A DNA stretch of 64,000 nt from positions 129,210-193,209 of the forward strand of contig JAAEQR010000072.1 of the NCBI GenBank assembly GCA_024231215.1. The letters are read 5' to 3'. Numbering within the stretch: position 1 is the stretch's first letter; every line of letters starts with the position of its first letter. This document shows, one piece after another, positions 19,516 through 27,853 of this stretch. The notes below the pieces were generated by a model, which saw only the letters and a program-made list of their open reading frames with translations, was not told the DNA's origin and did no database searches. Source of the stretch: PVC group bacterium (GTDB taxonomy: Bacteria > Omnitrophota > Gorgyraeia > B26-G9). A program made the position numbers and the translations under genes.

Positions 19516-21357
19516 ATGCTAAAATTCAATAAAATACTTATTGTTTTGTTTTGTGGACTACTGGTCTCAAGCGGATATATTGTCTACCGTTTTAGAGCAA
19601 CGATAAAAGAGGTAGGCGAATTAAAAACCTATAACAGAACGTTGTCTAAGAAAAAGGATATGTTGGAAGGGCAACTGACAACAGAAAAAAAGAACAAAAA
19701 TGTGGAAATCGAGAAACTTAAGGAGAAGCTTACAGGGCTAAAGGATACCCGGAAAATACAGGAATTATTTACGGATGCTCAAGGCAAAATCAAAAATTTT
19801 GATGCAAAATTTCAAGAATTGCAAAAAGAAAATATATATTTAGAGCAAACAAATAGAGCGATTAATGGACGTTTTAATAATTTAACGAAAGATTTTATTA
19901 AGACACTTGATATTTTAAAACAGACCCGTCAACATCTTACTGAAGCACGTAATAGTAAAGCGTTGCGTTTACATGAAAAAGAAACAAAGAAGTTGAATTC
20001 TAATCTAAAAAAGAAGGAAAACTTAGTTGTTAAGCTGAGTAAAGATATTAAACGGTTGCAGAAGGATAATGATAACTCATCAAAGAATAATAAATTATTA
20101 GTCGATGAAATTGGTAAATTAAAAAAGAATAAACAGTCTTTAGAATTGCGTTATGAAAAGATTAGAGAAAAGCTGAAACAAAGTGAGCAGGAAATAAAAG
20201 AGACAAGCAATAAATTTGTTAAAGAGAAATCAGTTGAGAAGAAACCAGTTAGACAAAAAGATGATGGATTAAGAAGGCAGCTGAAGGAACTCAAAGGGGA
20301 ACTGGCAGACAAAGAAAAACAACAGCGCACATTAAAGCGTTTTCTTGAACAGGAAAAACAGCGCCGAAAGATTACAGAAAATAAGCTTGAGCAATATCAG
20401 AAACGATTAAAAGTAGTAAGTGAACAGACAAGGGATGACCTTGCTTCAGCCAGGAAAGCAATTAGAAAATATGATATGGTTAAGTCCGAAAGAGATTCTC
20501 TTGAAAAGGCACTTAAGAAGGCCGAAGAAGAAATAAAAGAGAAGGCTGAGTTTGTTAAGGGGTTGGAAAAAAAAGTAGATGATATTAATAAAAAGCTGAC
20601 TAAAAGAGAAGAAGAAAAGGAGGCAATGTCAAAGGATATTGCCAAACTTAAGAAGACAAGAATCCCGATAGGTTCCGGCCTAGCCTCAGATATGGCACAG
20701 ATTGACGAAGGAGCGGGGGTAGAAGCCCCTGATGCAAGGAAGATGCAGGATAATTTAAATAAGGTATATGCGCTTTATGACACAGCTAAGGCTCAAGTTG
20801 TGAAATTTTCCGAACTTTTAATGCAAAAGGAGTTAAAGTTAGAAAAGAGTAAACAGAAGCTAGACTCTTTAGAGCAGGAAATAAAGATGCTTAGGGGCGG
20901 GGTAATTACTCCCGGATCGGGCGAGGTTCCAGGCCAAGTTGCGGTATTAAATATGAAAAAATTAAAAATTGAAGAAAAGTTTAAATATGAAAAACAAAAA
21001 TATGAAGATATAAATGAGTTATATGTTAATTTAAAGAGCCAAGTGGTTCAGGTAACTTCTCTTTTGACCAGACGAGAGACTGAATTAGAGGATAAAACTA
21101 GAGAAATTATAAATCTAAAGAGAGAATTAGCAAAGGCGCAGCAGCAGTATTCTTTGGCTCAGCAGGAATTGAATGATGTTCGACAGAGACAGAGAAGAAC
21201 TTTGGATGATTTGTCTCGTACTACACGGTTGAATGCTACGTTACAGGAAAATATGATGTATAATGAACATAGTAATGATAATACACGGAAAGAACAGAAA
21301 AAGGCGGAAGAACTAAAGAAAGAGCTTGAGGCTTTCTTAGGAAATAGAATAGAATGA
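19516..21357 (+). CDS. N-terminally membrane-anchored long coiled-coil protein
   Basis: TM segment ILIVLFCGLLVSSGYIVY, then about 580 aa of K/E/Q-rich heptad sequence. Its stop overlaps the start of the Wza-like gene (ATGA). Confidence 0.5.
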   Translation: MLKFNKILIVLFCGLLVSSGYIVYRFRATIKEVGELKTYNRTLSKKKDMLEGQLTTEKKNKNVEIEKLKEKLTGLKDTRKIQELFTDAQGKIKNFDAKFQELQKENIYLEQTNRAINGRFNNLTKDFIKTLDILKQTRQHLTEARNSKALRLHEKETKKLNSNLKKKENLVVKLSKDIKRLQKDNDNSSKNNKLLVDEIGKLKKNKQSLELRYEKIREKLKQSEQEIKETSNKFVKEKSVEKKPVRQKDDGLRRQLKELKGELADKEKQQRTLKRFLEQEKQRRKITENKLEQYQKRLKVVSEQTRDDLASARKAIRKYDMVKSERDSLEKALKKAEEEIKEKAEFVKGLEKKVDDINKKLTKREEEKEAMSKDIAKLKKTRIPIGSGLASDMAQIDEGAGVEAPDARKMQDNLNKVYALYDTAKAQVVKFSELLMQKELKLEKSKQKLDSLEQEIKMLRGGVITPGSGEVPGQVAVLNMKKLKIEEKFKYEKQKYEDINELYVNLKSQVVQVTSLLTRRETELEDKTREIINLKRELAKAQQQYSLAQQELNDVRQRQRRTLDDLSRTTRLNATLQENMMYNEHSNDNTRKEQKKAEELKKELEAFLGNRIE

Positions 21358-22514
21358 CATTTTTTAGAAAATATCTAACCCACATTATTATGAGTGCGGT
21401 TATTTTTTTATCCATAATGAATCTCTCTTACGCGCAAGCAGAAATAAAACAAAAAGCCGATGAACATTATAAGAAGGGATTATTGCTGTACCATGATGGG
21501 GAATACGAAAAGGCGCAGGCAGAATTCTTGAAAGCAAAGAAGTTGATCGACAAGGTAAAAAAACAGAAGGTTGATCCTAAGAAGACAATGGCTGTTGTCA
21601 ATGAACACTATCAAAAAGGATTGACTGAACATTATAAGAAGGGATTATTGCTGTACCATGATGGGGAATACGAAAAGGCGCAGGCAGAATTCTTGAAAGC
21701 AAAGAAGTTGATCGCTGAGGTAAAAAAACAGAAGGCTGATCCTGAGAAAACAAAGGCTGTTGCCAATGAACACTATCAAAAAGGATTGACTTTATATTAC
21801 CAAGGTGAATATGAAAAAGCTAAAGAAGAATTTTTAAAGGCAAAAGTCTTAGCTGGGGCAAGTGTGCATAAAGAACAAACAGTTATTAGTAAAGAAGTAA
21901 AGCCGGAGAAAAAGAAAAAATCTTTTGAATATATTATTGGCGAAGGCGATGTCTTGGCTGTTTCGGTATGGGAAAATGACGACCTTGATGCTGAAGTTAT
22001 GGTTCGTCCAGATGGGAAAGTTTCTTTTGCTTTAGTAGGAGATGTTCTGGCTGTTGGTTTTACTATTGAGCAATTTCGTCAGGACTTGACAGCGCTTTTA
22101 AAAGAATATATACGTTATCCTCAGGTGTCTGTTTCTATTAAGGTAGTCGGAGGAGAAAAAGTAATTGTCTTAGGCCATGTAAGAAGTCCGGGTGTGTATG
22201 AAATAACCGGAAGGAAAACTATTTTAGAAGCTATTGGGAAAGCAGGAGGTTTTACGCGTGATGCAGTGCTTAAGAGTATTATCGTTGTCAAGGGAGGCCT
22301 TGAGACTCCGGTGCCTAAAAAGCTTAATCTAACCAGAGCTTTGAAAAAAGGAGAGGTTATTGAGAATATTGTCTTAGAATCAGAAGATATTATATATGTA
22401 CCCAGCCGGGTTATTGCCGATGTCAGCTACTTTATGCGTACTATTCTTTCCCCAATAACACAAAGTGTTTCTACAACACAGGATATTAACGATATCCGTG
22501 ACTGGAACAACTAA
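21354..22514 (+). CDS. Wza/KpsD-like polysaccharide export protein (Poly_export + SLBB) with N-terminal TPR-like repeats
   Basis: Signal peptide. C-terminal FEYIIGEGDVLAVSVWENDDL...VRPDGKVSFALVGDVLAVGFT..QFRQDL and VIVLGHVRSPGVYEI...ILEAIGKAGG match the Poly_export/SLBB pattern. The N-terminus carries a duplicated 55-aa unit. Confidence 0.65.
   Translation: MTFFRKYLTHIIMSAVIFLSIMNLSYAQAEIKQKADEHYKKGLLLYHDGEYEKAQAEFLKAKKLIDKVKKQKVDPKKTMAVVNEHYQKGLTEHYKKGLLLYHDGEYEKAQAEFLKAKKLIAEVKKQKADPEKTKAVANEHYQKGLTLYYQGEYEKAKEEFLKAKVLAGASVHKEQTVISKEVKPEKKKKSFEYIIGEGDVLAVSVWENDDLDAEVMVRPDGKVSFALVGDVLAVGFTIEQFRQDLTALLKEYIRYPQVSVSIKVVGGEKVIVLGHVRSPGVYEITGRKTILEAIGKAGGFTRDAVLKSIIVVKGGLETPVPKKLNLTRALKKGEVIENIVLESEDIIYVPSRVIADVSYFMRTILSPITQSVSTTQDINDIRDWNN
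21462..21791 (+). repeat. in-frame 165-bp tandem repeat (2 units) in the Wza-like gene
   Basis: GAACATTATAAGAAGGGATTATTGCTGTACCATGATGGGGAATACGAAAAGGCGCAGGCAGAATTCTTGAAAGCAAAGAAGTTGATCG is identical at 21462 and 21627. The remainder of each unit diverges by a few substitutions. Confidence 0.8.
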
Positions 22515-22547
22515 CCAGAATACTAATTCTAGGAGGATGTAAGGAAT

Positions 22548-23846
22548 ATGGAAGATATGAAACTTATAACCAACAATATGCGTAATTTTGTATCTAAAAA
22601 AGAGATGGATGATGTTTTTCGTCCGATGAAGCTTATTCACGGAGCGTTAAAGAAAAAAGAATGTCCGGGTAATGACTTTGTTGGTTGGTTGGACTTACCA
22701 TCTACAATACCGTTAGCTTTGGTCAAAGACATTGAACAGACAGCAGCTAAAATACGTAAGCAGGCAGATGTATTCATAAGTTTGGGTATTGGTGGTTCAT
22801 ATCTGGGGGCAAAAGCGACAATAGAGTTTTTGAAACCAGCGTTTGCTAATGAATTAAAAAGTGAAAAACCAAAGGTTTACTTTGCCGGACATAACTTAAG
22901 CGCGGATTATCTGACGGATTTATTTGCTGTGTGTAAAAATAAAAAAGTTGTAATTAACGTAATATCTAAATCAGGTACAACTACAGAAACCGCTGTAGTT
23001 TTTAGAATTATTAAACAGTATTTAGAAAAGATATATGGTAAGAAAAAAATAAAAGATAAGATTGTTTGCACTACGGATGAATCCAGAGGGGCATTGCGTA
23101 AGATGGCGGATGAAGAAGGGTATAAAACTTTTATTATCCCGGATGATGTTGGGGGAAGATTTTCCGTACTTACTCCGGTTGGCCTCTTACCGATTGCGGT
23201 AGCTGGGATTGATATTCGTGCTCTTATAAAAGGTGCGGCTGATTTTGAGAAGAAATGTAACAATGTAACTTTAAATTCTAACCCAGCTTACAAATACGCG
23301 GCGATTCGGCATCTATTGTATAAAAAAGGTAAAGTTATTGAAATATTGTCTTCGTTTCATCCTTCATTACAATATGTTAGTGAATGGTGGAAACAGCTAT
23401 ATGGAGAGAGTGAAGGAAAAAATAAAAAAGGGGTATTTCCTGCATCGTGTAACTTTACTACAGATTTACATTCTTTGGGTCAGATTATCCAGGACGGAAG
23501 ACGAAATATGTTTGAGACATTTTTGGTAGTTGATAAGTCTGCTTCCCGGCAAAGCGTTCCGAAAGTCAAAGATAATCTTGACGGATTAAACTATTTGGCC
23601 GGTAAAGACATGGAATTTATAAATCGTAAAGCATATGAAGCTACATCTAGCGCACATTATGAGGGTGGAGTTCCTAATATGACCATTTTCATTCCGAAAC
23701 GAAATCCCTATTATCTTGGACAACTGTTTTATTTTTTTGAGAAGGCAGTAGCTATGTCTGGATTGCTTTTAGGGGTTAATCCGTTCAACCAACCGGGAGT
23801 AGAAGCTTATAAAAAGAAAATGTTTAAGCTCTTGGGTAAACCTTGA
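22548..23846 (+). CDS. pgi: glucose-6-phosphate isomerase
   Basis: SLGIGGSYLGAKA and FxGESEGKN-type motifs of the PGI family. 432 aa. Confidence 0.8.
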   Translation: MEDMKLITNNMRNFVSKKEMDDVFRPMKLIHGALKKKECPGNDFVGWLDLPSTIPLALVKDIEQTAAKIRKQADVFISLGIGGSYLGAKATIEFLKPAFANELKSEKPKVYFAGHNLSADYLTDLFAVCKNKKVVINVISKSGTTTETAVVFRIIKQYLEKIYGKKKIKDKIVCTTDESRGALRKMADEEGYKTFIIPDDVGGRFSVLTPVGLLPIAVAGIDIRALIKGAADFEKKCNNVTLNSNPAYKYAAIRHLLYKKGKVIEILSSFHPSLQYVSEWWKQLYGESEGKNKKGVFPASCNFTTDLHSLGQIIQDGRRNMFETFLVVDKSASRQSVPKVKDNLDGLNYLAGKDMEFINRKAYEATSSAHYEGGVPNMTIFIPKRNPYYLGQLFYFFEKAVAMSGLLLGVNPFNQPGVEAYKKKMFKLLGKP

Positions 23847-23893
23847 GAGATTCCATGAACGAAGTGAAGTGCAACCCCGGTGTCTGTTAAAGT

Positions 23894-24058
23894 ATGGATT
23901 GTAAAGAATGCAAGAAATTAATAGCCAAATTTTTGGATGAACAATTAGATCCAAAACAGCAGGAATTGATGGAAAAACATCTAAGCAGTTGTCCTAACTG
24001 TGTGCGTGGACTTGAGTCTCTGGACAAAATGGTTGCTTTAATGCGCAACTTATCTTAA
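23894..24058 (+). CDS. 54-aa zf-HC2 (anti-sigma-factor-type zinc finger) mini-protein, not in the ORF track
   Basis: MDCKECKKLIAKFLDEQLDPKQQELMEKHLSSCPNCVRGLESLDKMVALMRNLS fits the C-x-E-x4-L-x2-[FY]-[LV]-D-x-x-L ... HL-x2-C-x2-C pattern of RsrA/ChrR-type anti-sigma N-domains. Confidence 0.45.
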   Translation: MDCKECKKLIAKFLDEQLDPKQQELMEKHLSSCPNCVRGLESLDKMVALMRNLS

Positions 24059-24086
24059 AGAGTAAACCCTTCTTTATAAATATTCC

Positions 24087-24116
24087 TTGACATTCCACAC
24101 GTTTGTGTGGTATTAT
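24087..24116 (+). promoter_or_regulatory. lexA promoter (TTGACA ... TATTAT) carrying the candidate operator
   Basis: TTGACA at 24087-24092 and TATTAT at 24111-24116. The spacer contains the palindrome CCACAC-GTTT-GTGTGG. Confidence 0.5.
24095..24110. promoter_or_regulatory. candidate LexA operator (inverted repeat CCACAC N4 GTGTGG)
   Basis: Perfect 6-bp inverted-repeat arms sit exactly between the -35 and -10 hexamers of lexA's own promoter, the usual position of an autoregulatory SOS box. Confidence 0.45.
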
Positions 24117-24170
24117 GTTATTCGACGTAGTATTTCTATATACATTTGTTATTTTGAGAGGGGGAAAGAT

Positions 24171-24755
24171 ATGCTTACCGCGAAGCAGAAAAATGTGTTG
24201 ATATTTTTAAGGCAAAGGATTCGTAGCGGCTTACCACCAACAATCAGAGAAATTGCTCAGGAATTCAAAGTATCTTCGACCGGAACAGTCAGAGACTATC
24301 TTAAGGCTTTATGTACCAAGGGATATATTATTTTATCTGAGAAGAAGTCGCGTGCTATTGAATTAACTGAAAAGGCAATGTTAAATATTCCGATAATTGG
24401 CCAAGTTCCTGCAGGTGTTCCGGTATTAGCTGTGGAAAATGTGGAAGATTATTTTAATGTAGATAAGTTATTTGCTCAACAGGATGAGTTGTTTTTTCTA
24501 CGGGTAAAAGGGGATAGTATGATCGGAGTGGGAATTATGCCGGATGACTTGGTTCTGGTTAAAAAACAGCCGATTGCCCGGGACGGAGATATGGTGGTTT
24601 GTCGGATAGACGGAGAAGTTACTGTAAAAACCCTGAGAAATAAAGATAAATGTTTTTATTTACAGCCGGAGAATAAGAATTATTCGATCATACCTTTAAC
24701 TGAAAACTCACAGATAGTTGGCAAGGTTATTACTGCGGTTAGAAAATATGTTTAG
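24171..24755 (+). CDS. lexA: LexA repressor
   Basis: N-terminal winged HTH (TIREIAQEFKVSSTGTVRDYLKALCTKGYI). C-terminal S24 peptidase with Ser (GDSM) and Lys (VTVKTL) catalytic dyad. RBS GAGGGGGAAAG lies before the ATG at 24171. The 24087 start from the ORF track is rejected. Confidence 0.85.
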   Translation: MLTAKQKNVLIFLRQRIRSGLPPTIREIAQEFKVSSTGTVRDYLKALCTKGYIILSEKKSRAIELTEKAMLNIPIIGQVPAGVPVLAVENVEDYFNVDKLFAQQDELFFLRVKGDSMIGVGIMPDDLVLVKKQPIARDGDMVVCRIDGEVTVKTLRNKDKCFYLQPENKNYSIIPLTENSQIVGKVITAVRKYV

Positions 24756-26112
24756 GTTAATAGCATTAAACATTTTATTGATTGTTTTTGTTTTCAATGT
24801 TTGTAGTTATGCGCAACTGCCAGAGGATGCGGATGATTATGATCAGTTGATTGCTCAAGTTCAGGAAGCTCTCAAGATAAATCCTTATGATCCCAATTTG
24901 AAAGAGCAGTTAGCTGTTTTATATCATAATCAAGGGGTTAAATTATCAGAAAATGGACAATGGGCGGATGCGATTTTGATTTTGGAGCAGGCGTATGACT
25001 TGCGCCCACAAGAAGCCGTGATAAAAACAACCTTAGCTAGTTTATATAACGCTTATGGCTTGGAACTAAGAGATCAGAGAAGATTAACAGAAGCCTTAAG
25101 TAAATTGAAATCTGCGTTGGAGTATGCTCCGGAAGAATTGCAGATAAAAAAGAACCTTGCGGTTGTCTACCTTGATCTTGCGCACAAGGCTTTTGAAGAC
25201 CATGAATATGATAACTGTAGCAGATTTTTACACCAGGCGGTTTTTCTTGACGCAAATAATCCTTATGTACATATGCTTTTTGGCGAACTTGCCTATAAAA
25301 AAGATGATTATTTTCAGGCGGAAACAGCATGGAATAAAGCGTTGGACTTAGAACCTACATTATATGAATTACGTGTGCGTCTTGAGAAACTAAAAGCAGA
25401 AAAGCAACAAGAGCAAAATTTTAGTTATCGGGAAATTGATAATTTTAAACTAAAGTTTGAGGGACTTGATAAACAGGAATTAGCAGATTCTGCCGCACAG
25501 ATTCTTAGGGATGCTTACCGGGAGGTAGGACAGGATTTTAATTTATACCCTAATTCAGTTATTCCGGTAATTATTTATCCGATGACAACTTTAAAGAAAC
25601 TGGACTATTTTCCCGACTGGGCTGCAGGTGTGTATGATGGGAAAATAAGGATAGGCGATGGATTTAGCAAAAATAAAGCTTATATGAAGGCAGTACTTTA
25701 TCACGAGTATACCCATGTTTTGGTTCGTATTTTAGGCCATGATAATGTTCCTCTTTGGCTCAATGAGGGAATAGCTGAATATGAAGCTAAAAGAGTGAAA
25801 AAAGTTTGGCAGCGTAAAGCTAGGAAGCAAATGTTACTTAAGGCAGTAAGAAAAAATGTGCTTTTTTCATTTGATGATCTGGCAAATATGACTTTGGTCA
25901 GGATGAATCAGCTTTCTGCAGCTAGAATAGAATTGATATATGCACAGTCTGAATCTTTTGTCACCTATCTTATTGAGAGATATTCTGTATATGATATTAG
26001 AAATGTTTTGGTTGGGCTGGGAAAAGGTGCGAATATCTATAAATCGATAAAAAAATCTTTGTATGTCGATCTGGATGTACTAATAAAAGACTGGCAGAAC
26101 GAATTCAAATGA
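24748..26112 (+). CDS. TPR-repeat protein with C-terminal peptidase-MA-like (HExxH ... E) domain
   Basis: Signal or TM N-terminus, several TPR units, then YHEYTHVL (HExxH) and NEGIAEYEA (third Glu ligand). Confidence 0.5.
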   Translation: MFRLIALNILLIVFVFNVCSYAQLPEDADDYDQLIAQVQEALKINPYDPNLKEQLAVLYHNQGVKLSENGQWADAILILEQAYDLRPQEAVIKTTLASLYNAYGLELRDQRRLTEALSKLKSALEYAPEELQIKKNLAVVYLDLAHKAFEDHEYDNCSRFLHQAVFLDANNPYVHMLFGELAYKKDDYFQAETAWNKALDLEPTLYELRVRLEKLKAEKQQEQNFSYREIDNFKLKFEGLDKQELADSAAQILRDAYREVGQDFNLYPNSVIPVIIYPMTTLKKLDYFPDWAAGVYDGKIRIGDGFSKNKAYMKAVLYHEYTHVLVRILGHDNVPLWLNEGIAEYEAKRVKKVWQRKARKQMLLKAVRKNVLFSFDDLANMTLVRMNQLSAARIELIYAQSESFVTYLIERYSVYDIRNVLVGLGKGANIYKSIKKSLYVDLDVLIKDWQNEFK

Positions 26113-27248
26113 TCCCGCTAGGTATATATCTTCATATCCCTTTTTGTATCAAGAAATGTCTTTACTGTGATTTTAACTCTGTAGAGTTGAAGCAACGCAA
26201 GGAGATAGATCAATATATTGCTGCGTTGAAAGAGGAAATTTATTTTTGCAGTAAAGATGTTTTCTCCCGAACAGTAAAGAGTATATATTTTGGAGGAGGA
26301 ACGCCGTCTTTATTAACAGAGGAAGATGTAAATTGTCTTGTTGCTGCAATAAAAGAAAAATTTTCACTTTTACCGGAAGCAGAGATAACTTTAGAAGCTA
26401 ATCCAGCTACAATTTGCTATGAACAGCTTCTTGGATATAAAAATGCCGGGATAAACAGGATTAGTCTAGGGGTTCAGTCTTTCCAGGATAAATATTTAAA
26501 GATATTAGGACGAATTCATACCGGCAAAGATGCCCTGGAATCGATAGAGTTACTACGTCGGGCGGGTTTTTCCAATATTAGTATTGATCTTATGTATGGG
26601 TTACCTGGACAGGATTTAAAGGGCTGGACAGATGATTTGGCTCGATTTATATCTTTGGGGCTTGAACATATCTCTTTTTATGACCTAAAGATAGAAAAAA
26701 ACACACCGTTTTATCCTATGAGGGATGAATTATTTTTACCTAAGGATGAGCTTCAGATTGATATGTATAAAAGGGGGATTGAAAAACTAAAAAAAGCCGG
26801 GTATCGGCATTATGAAATATCTAGCTTTGCTAAAGAGGGGAAAGAGTCAAAGCATAATCTTGTTTATTGGGAAAACAAGGAATATTTGGGGATTGGGGCA
26901 GGGGCTTACTCCTATTTGAAAGGAACAAGATTCAGGAGGCATAAATCTATAAATACATACCTAGAAGAGGCAGCGAAAACTGATTTTAAGGGTTATGATC
27001 AGGAAAATTTAGATATAGGGAGGAGCATCAGGGAAACTATAGCTTTAAATCTCAGGATTTTAGATGGAGTCTCCTTGACTAAGATTGCGAAAGAAAGAGG
27101 AATAACAATAGATAATGGTCTTTTAGATAGATTTAACCATTTGCAAGCTCAAGGGTTAATTGATATAGAGGGGGAGCAATACCGGCTTACCCAGAGGGGT
27201 ATATTATTTTATGATACAGTGGCAGGGGAGATATTAGTGTTAGATTAA
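26109..27248 (+). CDS. hemW: radical SAM heme chaperone HemW / oxygen-independent coproporphyrinogen-III oxidase-like
   Basis: LYLHIPFCIKKCLYCDFNS radical-SAM CxxxCxxC N-terminus and HemN-like C-domain. 379 aa. Confidence 0.7.
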   Translation: MIPLGIYLHIPFCIKKCLYCDFNSVELKQRKEIDQYIAALKEEIYFCSKDVFSRTVKSIYFGGGTPSLLTEEDVNCLVAAIKEKFSLLPEAEITLEANPATICYEQLLGYKNAGINRISLGVQSFQDKYLKILGRIHTGKDALESIELLRRAGFSNISIDLMYGLPGQDLKGWTDDLARFISLGLEHISFYDLKIEKNTPFYPMRDELFLPKDELQIDMYKRGIEKLKKAGYRHYEISSFAKEGKESKHNLVYWENKEYLGIGAGAYSYLKGTRFRRHKSINTYLEEAAKTDFKGYDQENLDIGRSIRETIALNLRILDGVSLTKIAKERGITIDNGLLDRFNHLQAQGLIDIEGEQYRLTQRGILFYDTVAGEILVLD

Positions 27249-27290
27249 CCCTTGATATTTTTTTTAGTTCATGGTATAAAATAGCAGAAT

Positions 27291-27377
27291 GCGGAGATGG
27301 TGGAATTGGCAGACACGCTAGCTTGAGGGGCTAGTGGGAGCAATCTCATGAGGGTTCAAGTCCCTCTCTCCGCACCA
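27291..27377 (+). tRNA. tRNA-Leu (anticodon GAG)
   Basis: Acceptor stem GCGGAGA/TCTCCGC. Anticodon stem CTAGC/GCTAG with loop TTGAGGG. Long variable arm, T-loop GGTTCAAGTCC, encoded CCA. Confidence 0.85.
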
Positions 27378-27434
27378 AGTTCTTCTTTGATCCCCTCCAG
27401 ATACAAGTATTTTCCAGTTTTTTCCCTGTGCCCC

Positions 27435-27463
27435 TTGCAAAGTCAAAATAGTTGTGGTATATT
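27435..27463 (+). promoter_or_regulatory. candidate promoter upstream of repeat copy 1
   Basis: TTGCAA, 17-nt spacer, TG-extended TATATT. Confidence 0.4.
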
Positions 27464-27494
27464 TTATTTGTTTATCTTCTCTAAGGGGCAGCAT

Positions 27495-27606
27495 AAATAT
27501 TAAATATAAATTTGGGGATACGAAGTGAAACGTCCTTATTTCTCCATATAAGGCGTTAATAAGAAGACCCCTACTTCCCCCGTTCTTCGTATCCCCTTTT
27601 TTTTGT
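27495..27606 (+). repeat. structured terminator-like repeat element, copy 1
   Basis: AAATTTGGGGATACGAAG ... CCCCTACTTCCCCC ... CTTCGTATCCCC followed by TTTTTTTT. The 12-bp closing stem is perfect. Confidence 0.6.
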
Positions 27607-27610
27607 TAGA

Positions 27611-27639
27611 TTGAAAAATGGCTCAAGATATGATATAAT
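27611..27639 (+). promoter_or_regulatory. candidate promoter between the two repeat copies (leader of the 27854 gene)
   Basis: TTGAAA, 17-nt spacer, TGaTATAAT (extended -10). Confidence 0.5.
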
Positions 27640-27724
27640 TTCAATGTAATATGTATGGGCTGAAGCAAAAAAAGAGGGAGGAAGGGGTTTTTCTATTCTC
27701 TTAAAGTAAAGCAATTAAAAAAGT

Positions 27725-27826
27725 TATATAAAATTTTTAAATTTGGGATGCGAAGATTAGATTCGCCTTATCCCCTAAGGCGATTATTGGCCCCTACTTC
27801 CCCCTATCTTCGTATCCCCTTTTTTA
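27725..27826 (+). repeat. structured terminator-like repeat element, copy 2 (possible attenuator in the leader of the 27854 gene)
   Basis: AAATTTGGGATGCGAAGA ... CGCCTTATCCCCTAAGGCG ... CCCCTACTTCCCCC ... TCTTCGTATCCC followed by CTTTTTT. 12-bp stem with one G-U pair. Ends 28 nt before the RBS/TTG of the next gene. Confidence 0.6.
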
Positions 27827-27853
27827 TACCCATTTCTTTGGGGGGAGCTTAAT

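Noticed and set aside
12731-21791. Possible CRISPR array, suggested by regular direct repeats
   Set aside because: The repeats are long (84 and 165 bp), in-frame and protein-coding, with only two units and no spacer/repeat alternation. No cas genes are present.
23856-23875. 13-mer GAACGAAGTGAAG shared between 23861 and 38281
   Set aside because: At this window size, and allowing both strands, a handful of chance 13-mer matches is expected. There is no extended similarity around them.
24087-24170. lexA starting at 24087 (MTFHTFVWYY...)
   Set aside because: This extension overlaps the -35/-10 promoter and the operator palindrome. The LexA HTH begins after the ATG at 24171, which has a strong RBS.
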